A stretch of 64,000 nt of DNA. Source: Minisyncoccota bacterium (lineage in GTDB: Bacteria > Patescibacteriota > Minisyncoccia > Phycocordibacterales > UBA918). Positions within the stretch are counted from its first letter, which is position 1. The number at the start of each line of letters is the position of its first letter. The notes below the pieces were generated by a model, which ran no database searches, was not told the origin of the DNA, and worked only from the letters and a program-made list of their open reading frames with translations. Location of the stretch: contig CALJTT010000004.1 in NCBI GenBank assembly GCA_937975855.1, positions 5,583-69,582 on the forward strand. The letters run 5' to 3'. The position numbers were made by a program, and so were the translations under genes. Positions 10,284 through 18,510 of this stretch are shown here, in pieces.

Positions 10284-11384
10284 CTATCCAGTCCAGTTAA
10301 ACAACAAAATTGAGAAGTCTTCAAGTCCCACGTTGCCGTTTTGGTTTATGTCAGCCGGAGGATCAGAATCTCCACCGTTTGATTGCCACCAGAAAATTAA
10401 AATCGAGAAGTCTATCAGGTTTATAAAAGTGTCTCTGTTGAGGTCAGACGGCTGTGTTGCTTGACCATCAACCCCTACAAACAACTGTAGCGATGTGCTG
10501 AAGCCACTCTCCAGGGTCAAAGGCGGGTTTCCAACCAATGAGCGCGCTCGTAGAATATGCTCTGCAATAGCAAGCGTTCCTGTATCGAGCAAAAACGACC
10601 AATCACCATCTGCATTTGTTTGTACAGTTTCAACAACATCACTATCGTCTATGTGAATTTCTATTTGTGCGTCGGGTGGACCCTGTCCTTCAATCAGAAC
10701 CTGGCTGCCAGGGTCTGCGTTCTGATTTTCCGCACGCAACGTAGGAGGCAGTATGATTCCTGACAAATTCGTGATCGCGCCTTGTGTGACGTCAAAAGTG
10801 TTATTTTGGGTGATCGATCTAACGTTTTCGTTGTCAGTAGACCAAACACCAACCGTTGCAGTTCCTGGTTCAGCTTCAACAGAGAACTCAAATTCGCCGT
10901 CATTGTCAGCCCTTACTGTTCCGACACTTTCTGTATCCAAAAGAAAGTTTATGGTGCTGCCTGGATACCCGGTACCACGGATATTAATAATAGTATCTCC
11001 CAGTTCGACTTCGGAACCACCGCCTGAAGAACCGCCGCCTGAAGAACCACCACCACCAGTACCAGCAGGCTCTACCGTACAAGACGAGGAACAGAAATCG
11101 CCGTCATCGTTATTGCCGTCGTCACATTCCTCCGCAAAGACAGTTTGTAAAATACCATCCCCACAGTACGGGCCGAATTCGCACATAGAGTCACATTGTC
11201 GGCCAGCGATTGTCTGGCTGTATGCGCCAATTTCTGCTGGCACGACATCACACTCTTCATTACTGTCGACAACACCGTCACCACAAATACTAATTTCCAA
11301 AGTGGTAGTTGCCACCCGTTGAGCCGCTACAATGTGCGGGAAAATTATGAATAGAATGATTGTAAATAAAAAGTAACGACTCAT
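10284..11384 (-). CDS. Secreted protein: Cys-rich repeats (DUF4215/Myxococcus-type), Gly linker, Ig-like domains, C-terminal dockerin
   Basis: CGDGVVDSNEECD and CGDGILQ...EECDDGN repeats, a GGGGSSGGG linker, and dockerin loops DLNRDTFINLIDFS and DINQNGNVGLEDFS. ATG 11384 follows the upstream stop. Confidence 0.8.
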   Translation of the reverse strand: MSRYFLFTIILFIIFPHIVAAQRVATTTLEISICGDGVVDSNEECDVVPAEIGAYSQTIAGRQCDSMCEFGPYCGDGILQTVFAEECDDGNNDDGDFCSSSCTVEPAGTGGGGSSGGGSSGGGSEVELGDTIINIRGTGYPGSTINFLLDTESVGTVRADNDGEFEFSVEAEPGTATVGVWSTDNENVRSITQNNTFDVTQGAITNLSGIILPPTLRAENQNADPGSQVLIEGQGPPDAQIEIHIDDSDVVETVQTNADGDWSFLLDTGTLAIAEHILRARSLVGNPPLTLESGFSTSLQLFVGVDGQATQPSDLNRDTFINLIDFSILIFWWQSNGGDSDPPADINQNGNVGLEDFSILLFNWTG

Positions 11385-11385
11385 G

Positions 11386-12333
11386 TTAACGACCTTTCTG
11401 TTTTCGACGCACGAACACGACATAAAGTATCGCGATCAAAATGGCAAACACCGGGAGCAAAATCGAAATCTTGTGTGCCAAAGACAAACCAACAAATCCA
11501 AAGTTAGCCGCCTGTACTGTGCCAGCAGGTAAAACAGTCAACGACAGGTCACCCTCCTGCTTAAGCTCGTCGCTGTTGAACACCCTATATCTGGCAATAT
11601 AACTACCGGCCGGCAATCGTGTCGGCAAAGATGCTGATACAGTTTCTGTGTTGTACGGTGAGATCTTGGTAATCTTCCCCACATTAGAAGTCTCCTCCAG
11701 TAAGACTTCGCCAGTTTTATCATAAATTCTGAACTCAACATCTGAAGGTGAGATTTCTACGTTACCAGTGTTCTCTATCAACATGTCGAAAACGATTTTT
11801 CCAGGGAAGAACAACCAAGCAAGTTTGGAACCTTCGTTCAGATCCGATACAGAAATTTTTCTGACTCTAAAATCTTCAATCTTTTTATCTATAACGGAAA
11901 GATTTATATCGACCCGCGCTCCTAATGAAATGTTAACTGCACCCTGTGTAACAACCCCGTCGGATGGCACAGTTCTGATTCTAATGGCACCTCCATACTC
12001 GGTAAATCCTGCGTCAGGCGGAACGCTGACACGAACCGTCATCGGCACTTTTTGAACACCGGCGGGTAATATGATCTCTTCGCCTTCAGCAATCTGAAGC
12101 CAACCTTCGAGGTCAGGGGCATCAATGGTTATCTCTGCCTTCTGCTCATCAGACGGATCGCTTCGGACCAATAGAATCTGTTGTTCGTAAATGGAGTTTC
12201 TGGTCAAGCTAGTGTTGCGCACGTACGGAGGAGTAATACCGAAGCCCGCTTGAACTACACTAATTTCAAGCGCAAGAAAAGCGACAAAGGTAAACACCAA
12301 AAAAAGCCAACTCTTCCGCTTCGATAAAATCAT
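11386..12333 (-). CDS. DUF916/PapD-like two-Ig-domain membrane protein (putative assembly chaperone)
   Basis: Signal, GFGITPP start, VSVPPDA...YGGAI, a second domain with IENTGNV, and a C-terminal TM plus RRKQK. Same layout as 39685..40749. Confidence 0.6.
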   Translation of the reverse strand: MILSKRKSWLFLVFTFVAFLALEISVVQAGFGITPPYVRNTSLTRNSIYEQQILLVRSDPSDEQKAEITIDAPDLEGWLQIAEGEEIILPAGVQKVPMTVRVSVPPDAGFTEYGGAIRIRTVPSDGVVTQGAVNISLGARVDINLSVIDKKIEDFRVRKISVSDLNEGSKLAWLFFPGKIVFDMLIENTGNVEISPSDVEFRIYDKTGEVLLEETSNVGKITKISPYNTETVSASLPTRLPAGSYIARYRVFNSDELKQEGDLSLTVLPAGTVQAANFGFVGLSLAHKISILLPVFAILIAILYVVFVRRKQKGR

Positions 12334-12371
12334 GACAGTGTATCTATTATCGTTAATATGACCTTAAAACG

Positions 12372-12403
12372 CAACAACCACTGCTGGATAACAGTGGTTG
12401 TTG
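12372..12403 (-). terminator. Intrinsic terminator after 12427..14328
   Basis: Perfect 12-bp stem CAACAACCACTG/CAGTGGTTGTTG. Confidence 0.65.
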
Positions 12404-12426
12404 AAAAACATGTTTAGGTGCGTGAA

Positions 12427-14328
12427 CTACCAGTCAACAGCTTCTGCAATAACGGCTGTAAATGTGTTCAATCCTTCGTAGCTACCAGCTACTGTAATCG
12501 GAGTCGGGTCAGCGCCACCAGGAACATAGATACCCCAGTAAGTTGTTCCCCTAGATGCTGTTGTGGTAGCCGTTGTTGTTGACTTCAGAACATCAAGTTC
12601 AAGTTCTTGGTTTGTAGTTGATGACAATACAAGTCCAGTTGTATTATATGCAACAGTTGTGTCAGAGAACTCCTGGTAAGTGGAGTCTATCGTCGAAGAG
12701 GAAGCTCCTCCACAAGGTGTTCCGACACTGAAGTTTGGACACATTGATTCACCTCTTACTTCTTGGTCAATACCGGTATTTCCGATGTTAATTATTTCAG
12801 AAGTAGTCGTGCCCGCGTCGCCACCTAGCAATGTATATCCATCACCTGGAGCGAGTGCGCCGTAAGGAATTTCAGCTGTTGCAAGGTCAAGGGCTGCAAA
12901 TTGAAGTACTTCGACACCGATGTTTGAAGCCACTAGACTACTAGTTGCAAAGTTGTCATCACTAGGAGCTACTGCTGCAAGCCAGTTTTCTGCCTCAAAC
13001 GGTGAAGCGACAGATCCGTTATCAGTTGCGTCAGCGACAAACCAAAGTGGGAATGTACAGTTAAACTCTTGCGTGTCATCAGTGATCCCAGTACAGCTAG
13101 TTGTAGAGGCTGTACATGTCAGATTCCAAGTAGAAGTTGCAACTCCGCTGGTGTAACAATTGTTTGGGTCGTAATCAGGAGTACCTGAGTTACAGCTGGT
13201 TGTCCCTATACCTGAACGATATACAGATACTTCAAAGCCAACAATTTCACTAGATGTGGCACCTGAACTGTTAATGCAGCTGTTTCCATCAGACGCAGTG
13301 AAGTCAAGCGAGAAGCCAGGGGTCTGATCACCAGGAACAGTCAGTGCTATATCAGCACCACCGTTAAGGTTAATGTTAGCCCCCAGAATCGTTGGAGCAA
13401 CGTTGTTGATGTCAAAAGAACCAACAATTGGAGCAGATGCTTCGTGTCCATGTTCGTCAACCAAGAAACCGACTGCGGGGTATGTTCCGTCACGGACCGG
13501 CGAACTAACTGCATAAGAAGAGGTGGCGTTAATTATGCCGTTGAAGGTTGAACTTCCAAGGGAGTTCGTAACACAGCTGTTAGTAGTAGTGCTGTAGTCG
13601 ATAGCTTGCTGACAAACTACAAGTGTTAGTGTGTCCGAAGCATCCACAATGTCAGGGTCAGTCGAAGTAGAGAAGAAGTTTAGAGTAGCTCCTGGATCAA
13701 CCGGTCCATCGTTGTAGAAGTCAGTTAGAACTGGTCGGCTGTTCATGTGGAAAGGAGGAGCTGTATCATCGGTAGTCGTACCTTGTGTTGCTATAGTTGT
13801 ACATTCAGGTTGTACCAAATCACCATCACAAACCCAAGCGAACCAGTCGTTTGATTCTGAGAATTGTGTACCAGGATCGTCAGCAAGCTCAACTGTGGTT
13901 GTTGAAACTAGTGCTACTGTGTCAGATGGTGTCGCTGTGGATACTCCCCACTGAACTCCTCCACCACAAGTTGGCGCCGCCCCGATCTGTGGTGTAGGCG
14001 AAGCGTTGGTGCTACATATCAATAAATAGTAGTCAGCCCCGTTGGCGTCGCTACCAACTGCTGTCCATTGAATTTCCTCACCAGAGTTAGTGGGAGTTGA
14101 AGTTGAAGACCCTCCGATTTCAAAAGGCTGAACAACAAAAGTTGGAGGAGTGTTCAAAACAGTCAAACTGGTGGTAGCGGTTTGCGCCGACACTCGCTGT
14201 AATTCTTGGTTACCCACATCCACCATCAAGGCAAACATGAAAACACAAACTCCTACTACGGCAGAAAGAATCGATATTCTTCCGGCTGTTTTGGCAAAAC
14301 GTGGCAATTCATCTAAGTTGTACGACAT
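12427..14328 (-). CDS. Cys-containing secreted surface protein sharing its C-terminal module with the giant protein
   Basis: 633 aa with an N-terminal TM/signal. The C-terminal part aligns by eye with the end of 18511..35061 (NNCY, AD.TD, W.A, ALD, NIGN..ID, LELD..K.TT, YWGI.VP, G.N.FTA). Confidence 0.75.
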   Translation of the reverse strand: MSYNLDELPRFAKTAGRISILSAVVGVCVFMFALMVDVGNQELQRVSAQTATTSLTVLNTPPTFVVQPFEIGGSSTSTPTNSGEEIQWTAVGSDANGADYYLLICSTNASPTPQIGAAPTCGGGVQWGVSTATPSDTVALVSTTTVELADDPGTQFSESNDWFAWVCDGDLVQPECTTIATQGTTTDDTAPPFHMNSRPVLTDFYNDGPVDPGATLNFFSTSTDPDIVDASDTLTLVVCQQAIDYSTTTNSCVTNSLGSSTFNGIINATSSYAVSSPVRDGTYPAVGFLVDEHGHEASAPIVGSFDINNVAPTILGANINLNGGADIALTVPGDQTPGFSLDFTASDGNSCINSSGATSSEIVGFEVSVYRSGIGTTSCNSGTPDYDPNNCYTSGVATSTWNLTCTASTTSCTGITDDTQEFNCTFPLWFVADATDNGSVASPFEAENWLAAVAPSDDNFATSSLVASNIGVEVLQFAALDLATAEIPYGALAPGDGYTLLGGDAGTTTSEIINIGNTGIDQEVRGESMCPNFSVGTPCGGASSSTIDSTYQEFSDTTVAYNTTGLVLSSTTNQELELDVLKSTTTATTTASRGTTYWGIYVPGGADPTPITVAGSYEGLNTFTAVIAEAVDW

Positions 14329-14358
14329 ACGTATAAAATATTACTAATTTTCCTACTT

Positions 14359-14399
14359 ATTGTAACGTTATTAACTGGGTAAATCACAGGTTATACACA
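14359..14399 (-). promoter_or_regulatory. -10 box TACAAT (14359-14364) with perfect DnaA-type box TTATACACA (14391-14399)
   Basis: Conserved 26-nt spacing. A second degenerate box TAATACACA lies at 14402-14410. Confidence 0.6.
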
Positions 14400-14423
14400 G
14401 CTAATACACAGGATTTACATTGG

Positions 14424-15638
14424 TTATTCGTACCTAATCGCATCCAGTGGGTTCAAAGTAGAAGCTCGTCTTGCGGGAAATATTCCTGTTAGGTACCCAA
14501 CGGCAGCTGAGAATATAGCAATGAAAGCTAGGAAGTCCAAAGGAAAAGCAAATAATGAAACTGCCTGTCCACCATACTGACCCGCAATAAAGTTGAGGAA
14601 CAGGTTAACCGTTACCCCCAATATAACTCCCATCAAAATACCAGTCACTCCCCCTAGGAAACCTACAACGATTGATTCTGAAACAAAGAGATACTTCACG
14701 TCGTTTGGAGAGGCGCCAATTGTACGCATGATACCGATTTCTTTGGTCCGCTCTAGCAAGGTAACAGTCATGGTGTTGAACATACCGATAGCTGACACAA
14801 TAAGTGCAATTCCTCCAAATGTGGCCAAAACAGCCTGAATACCTTTGAAGATCTGCGTTGCTTGCTCAACAGTTTTTGATAAAGCGGTCACACGGTAACC
14901 TTCTTCAACTAGCCAAGCTTCCACCAAGGGTAGATTTTCGTTGTCCACAACATTAACCTGCACTCTTTCATATTCGTCGATGCCTACGTATTCACGCAAC
15001 TCTGGCAACATCATCAATGCGTTAAGAACGCCCTCTTCTTTGGTGATACCTTTTACTATGTATTCTTTGTCCAGAATAATCTCGTTGACCAAATCAGTTC
15101 CGTCATCCGCCGGTACCAGTAGACGAAAAGACACTCTTTCTCCAATAAAAGATTCGGCATCTTCGTCTTCAATTCCAAATAGTTTAAGCACCGCCGGTGA
15201 AAGCATGATCGACGAAGCGTCATTGATATCTTCTTCTACAAAAGCCTCTCCGGCACTAGGGGTAATACCGGCATATCGCAGATAGGCTGGCTCGGCACCT
15301 TGAACAAAAACGTTACCTGTCAGGCCTTTGTATGTGACCAAAGCTGGGAATCGCGCCAGCGGCGCTGCATCAACCACAGCCTCGTTTGCTTCAAATTTTT
15401 GAACAATTTCAGGTGTAAGGGTAAGACCTTGTGCGCCTGTAGCAGAAACACCTAATGACAACAAAGAGTCACCAAATACAATCTGCTCTAAGATAATTTG
15501 CTGCAAACCAAACCCTAGACCCACCAAAATAACCACTGCACCAGTTCCTACACCCATACCCAAAATCGTCAACCATGTACGCAACGGGTTGGTTTTAAAC
15601 ATTCGAGTGGATAGTTGCGCTAGGTCTTGAACTCGCAT
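14424..15638 (-). CDS. ABC transporter permease, MacB/FtsX family
   Basis: RTWLTILGMGVG, a periplasmic-type domain, ERTKEIGIMRTIGAS, and PARRASTLNPLDAIRYE. Confidence 0.93.
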   Translation of the reverse strand: MRVQDLAQLSTRMFKTNPLRTWLTILGMGVGTGAVVILVGLGFGLQQIILEQIVFGDSLLSLGVSATGAQGLTLTPEIVQKFEANEAVVDAAPLARFPALVTYKGLTGNVFVQGAEPAYLRYAGITPSAGEAFVEEDINDASSIMLSPAVLKLFGIEDEDAESFIGERVSFRLLVPADDGTDLVNEIILDKEYIVKGITKEEGVLNALMMLPELREYVGIDEYERVQVNVVDNENLPLVEAWLVEEGYRVTALSKTVEQATQIFKGIQAVLATFGGIALIVSAIGMFNTMTVTLLERTKEIGIMRTIGASPNDVKYLFVSESIVVGFLGGVTGILMGVILGVTVNLFLNFIAGQYGGQAVSLFAFPLDFLAFIAIFSAAVGYLTGIFPARRASTLNPLDAIRYE

Positions 15639-15639
15639 A

Positions 15640-16962
15640 TTACAGTTTGTAGCTTACGTCTACTCCTTGGGCAATAATTTTTTCGAAATATCTGGTCATG
15701 TCGTCGGCTTCGTTTTCTGAAAGCGCTAATCCTTTAGATCTGATCCCTTTCATTAACCTACTGTTGAACTCTTCGTCATTCGCTACACCAGTTACACGAT
15801 CAGCAATCAACTCGGTCATGTTTTCGTTTTGCTGTTTACTGAGCTTGATTCTGTGGTGATTTGCCAAGTGTTCACTCATGCGCTCGGCTAACTTGTCTTG
15901 CGAGAAGAAAATCGCGTCATTGTCTTTCCGCGCTCGGAAACGGCGAATATCATCAGAGTTTTTGATGATTCTTTCTGCCACTTTTGCCATACGCTTTGCT
16001 TCGTCTTCTGGAACCTCCACTCCCCCTCTTTCGCTTGGCTGCATAAGGCTTTTAATGAAAGAATCCCGATTGATTTTACCTTCGATGAACAAACCAACGG
16101 CGTGCTCCAGTCTGGCAATTTGTGAAAAAGTGTAGTCTTGTGTCAAAAAGTTGATCATACTTTTAACTCGCCAAGTTTCCACAGAGTCATATGGATACAA
16201 GCGTGCCAGCTGTTCTAGCTCAGTCACAATAGTCTCACCTTCACGAACAGGTTTGATCTGTTTTCGTTGTGGGTTAACCACTTCACGTAGGATTTTTCCG
16301 TCTTTGAGGTAATACACGCGGTGGGCGTAACTAAGGTGAGCCGCGTTATGTGACACCATAATAATAGTTCGTCGGTCGAACGTGTTAATTTCGTCAATCT
16401 TGTCCATCACCTGCTGGGTAGACACCGAGTCGAGGTTACCAGTCGGCTCGTCGGCCAGAAGAATCTTGGGATCGTTAACCATGCTGCGCGACACCGATAC
16501 ACGCTGCTGCTGACCTCCAGAAAGCATAGCGGGAATTTTGCCTGAGACGTGACCTACACCAAAGCGATCAAGCAGAGACTGGGCCCGGCGATCTCTGGTA
16601 GTTTTGTCAGCATCACAAAAAATCATCGGCAAAGCCACATTGTCGAGAACAGACAACGACATAATGAGGTTGAAGGACTGGAAAATAATACCCATCACGT
16701 GGCGCTGGAAGTAAACTCGCTCAGATGGAGGGTAAGAATAAACGTCATCCCCTTTTACCAACAAAGTGCCTTCACCTGGCGGTAGTGACCCCTGGATCGA
16801 ATACATGAGCGTGGATTTACCACACCCAGACGGACCAAAAAGAATGATGTATTCACCTTCGAAGATATCAGTGTTCACACCAGAAAGAGCCTTGAATTCA
16901 TTGCTTTTTCCTTGGTTATAGATGATCGATAGATCACGCGCTACGATAAGAGGCTTCGCCAT
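15640..16962 (-). CDS. ABC transporter ATP-binding protein (MacB/LolD family) with ~200-aa C-terminal extension
   Basis: Walker A GPSGCGKS, signature LSGGQQQR, Walker B ILLADEPTGNLD, H-loop VSH. Confidence 0.92.
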   Translation of the reverse strand: MAKPLIVARDLSIIYNQGKSNEFKALSGVNTDIFEGEYIILFGPSGCGKSTLMYSIQGSLPPGEGTLLVKGDDVYSYPPSERVYFQRHVMGIIFQSFNLIMSLSVLDNVALPMIFCDADKTTRDRRAQSLLDRFGVGHVSGKIPAMLSGGQQQRVSVSRSMVNDPKILLADEPTGNLDSVSTQQVMDKIDEINTFDRRTIIMVSHNAAHLSYAHRVYYLKDGKILREVVNPQRKQIKPVREGETIVTELEQLARLYPYDSVETWRVKSMINFLTQDYTFSQIARLEHAVGLFIEGKINRDSFIKSLMQPSERGGVEVPEDEAKRMAKVAERIIKNSDDIRRFRARKDNDAIFFSQDKLAERMSEHLANHHRIKLSKQQNENMTELIADRVTGVANDEEFNSRLMKGIRSKGLALSENEADDMTRYFEKIIAQGVDVSYKL

Positions 16963-16965
16963 AAA

Positions 16966-18507
16966 CTATGCGCCAATCTTATTAACCCAACCAAACGTCG
17001 ATTCAAAGTTCTCGATAATCAAGTCGATGATGTTCTTTTCTTGGATCGGAGTGAACAGTACGAACTTTTCACTCTGAACTTGGTTACTCGCTTCGTCAAA
17101 ACAATTTAGCCAGAAAGTGTATACAGTTGCTGGAGCGAAGTCGATTATTACCTCGACATGTGTAGTGTTGTATTCGACCAACTCTTTCTCGATTTCGAAT
17201 TGCTCAGACGCACCAGAGGCTCCTTCTTCATACGTCATGATACAGCTAGCCGGTTCGTCAGTGACCCATTCAACAATCGTTTGAATACGCGATTCGCTAC
17301 CAGGGAACAAGGTCGAATCGTTAGTTACGTTAGTGATGATTGGTGGCTGTACGTCACGAACTGTAATGAACTGAATCGGCTGACTACGCACGCGGTCTCC
17401 GCCTGAGTTCTCGACGTTTACAAAAGCGACGTATCGGGTACCGAGCGTCAGGTCGGCAAGTCGCATTTGGTGAGTGGTAGCAAGGGTTGGCCGCCCAACA
17501 GAGTTCTGTGCCCCGGTGGTTTGGTCCTGGAAATCAATTAGGGCTTTGGTAGGAACGTTTGTGTCCCAAGCTAGAGTAGCGGCGTTTTCTTCAACTTTAA
17601 CTACACGAAGATTGCGGATTTCCGGTGCAGTGGCTTTGGTTTGAAAATCGTACACTCGACTTTCGCCAGTAATACCAAATTCGTCAGTTGAAAGTACCTT
17701 GAAACTATACTGGACAAAGGGATTTAGTCCGATGAGGCGGATTTCGTGGTCAGTAGTTTGCCCCTGTGTAGACGACTGGGAAAACTCAAAGTTCGTACCA
17801 TCAAACTGTGCTGTCGGTGAAAATAGTACTTCTGAACTGGCAGGCCGATCTGTTATCCATTTTACTAACGCAGTGTTGGTCTCAGGAATAACCGTCGGAG
17901 GACCAACAATAGTCAGATCCTCGGTGATACCCTTAATAGCCTTGACCGTTTCGTTGACAATTTCTTGCAAAACCTGAGGATTGGTAATTTCTTTGATTTC
18001 TTCGATGATTTCTTCAGATTTGATTTGTTCGTTGAATTTACCTGGCCCAATACCTGAACCGCTGCCGTCAGCCTCACCTGACTTTGGCGCTCCTGTTGTG
18101 TCGATGCGGTAGTCAGCAGAAATACCCTGGTTACCAAACTCGTCCGACGACACAACGCGGAAAAAGTAAGTACGACCAGGCTCCAAATCGTCTAAAGTTA
18201 TGGAGTGTTGCGTCTTATCAGCGACGGGAACACGGCTGATCCCATAGTTTGGCTGCAACCCGTAGTTAATTGCAGAGTCAGCTTCTTCGTCAGTTTCCCA
18301 AGTTATTTGCAGAGTTGATTCATCCACATTAATGATCTGCAGATTGGAGATTTCTGGCGGATCACGATCGTCTGATTGTGCAATAGCAAGACTTGGCATA
18401 CTCACTTGCAAAAGCAGCAAGAAAATTAAGAAGGTGTCTATAAAGAACCGGGATCTCATTGTTCTAATCCTAGCATGTGCTTGGTTGTGATTTAATAAGT
18501 AATTCAT
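16966..18507 (-). CDS. Secreted fibronectin type III repeat protein (about four FN3-like domains)
   Basis: Repeated W.TDE/DR.A...H...L..L.P...Y.F motifs and a C-terminal amphipathic helix (IIDLIIENFESTFGW). 3-nt gaps to both neighbours. Confidence 0.8.
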   Translation of the reverse strand: MNYLLNHNQAHARIRTMRSRFFIDTFLIFLLLLQVSMPSLAIAQSDDRDPPEISNLQIINVDESTLQITWETDEEADSAINYGLQPNYGISRVPVADKTQHSITLDDLEPGRTYFFRVVSSDEFGNQGISADYRIDTTGAPKSGEADGSGSGIGPGKFNEQIKSEEIIEEIKEITNPQVLQEIVNETVKAIKGITEDLTIVGPPTVIPETNTALVKWITDRPASSEVLFSPTAQFDGTNFEFSQSSTQGQTTDHEIRLIGLNPFVQYSFKVLSTDEFGITGESRVYDFQTKATAPEIRNLRVVKVEENAATLAWDTNVPTKALIDFQDQTTGAQNSVGRPTLATTHQMRLADLTLGTRYVAFVNVENSGGDRVRSQPIQFITVRDVQPPIITNVTNDSTLFPGSESRIQTIVEWVTDEPASCIMTYEEGASGASEQFEIEKELVEYNTTHVEVIIDFAPATVYTFWLNCFDEASNQVQSEKFVLFTPIQEKNIIDLIIENFESTFGWVNKIGA

Positions 18508-18510
18508 AGG

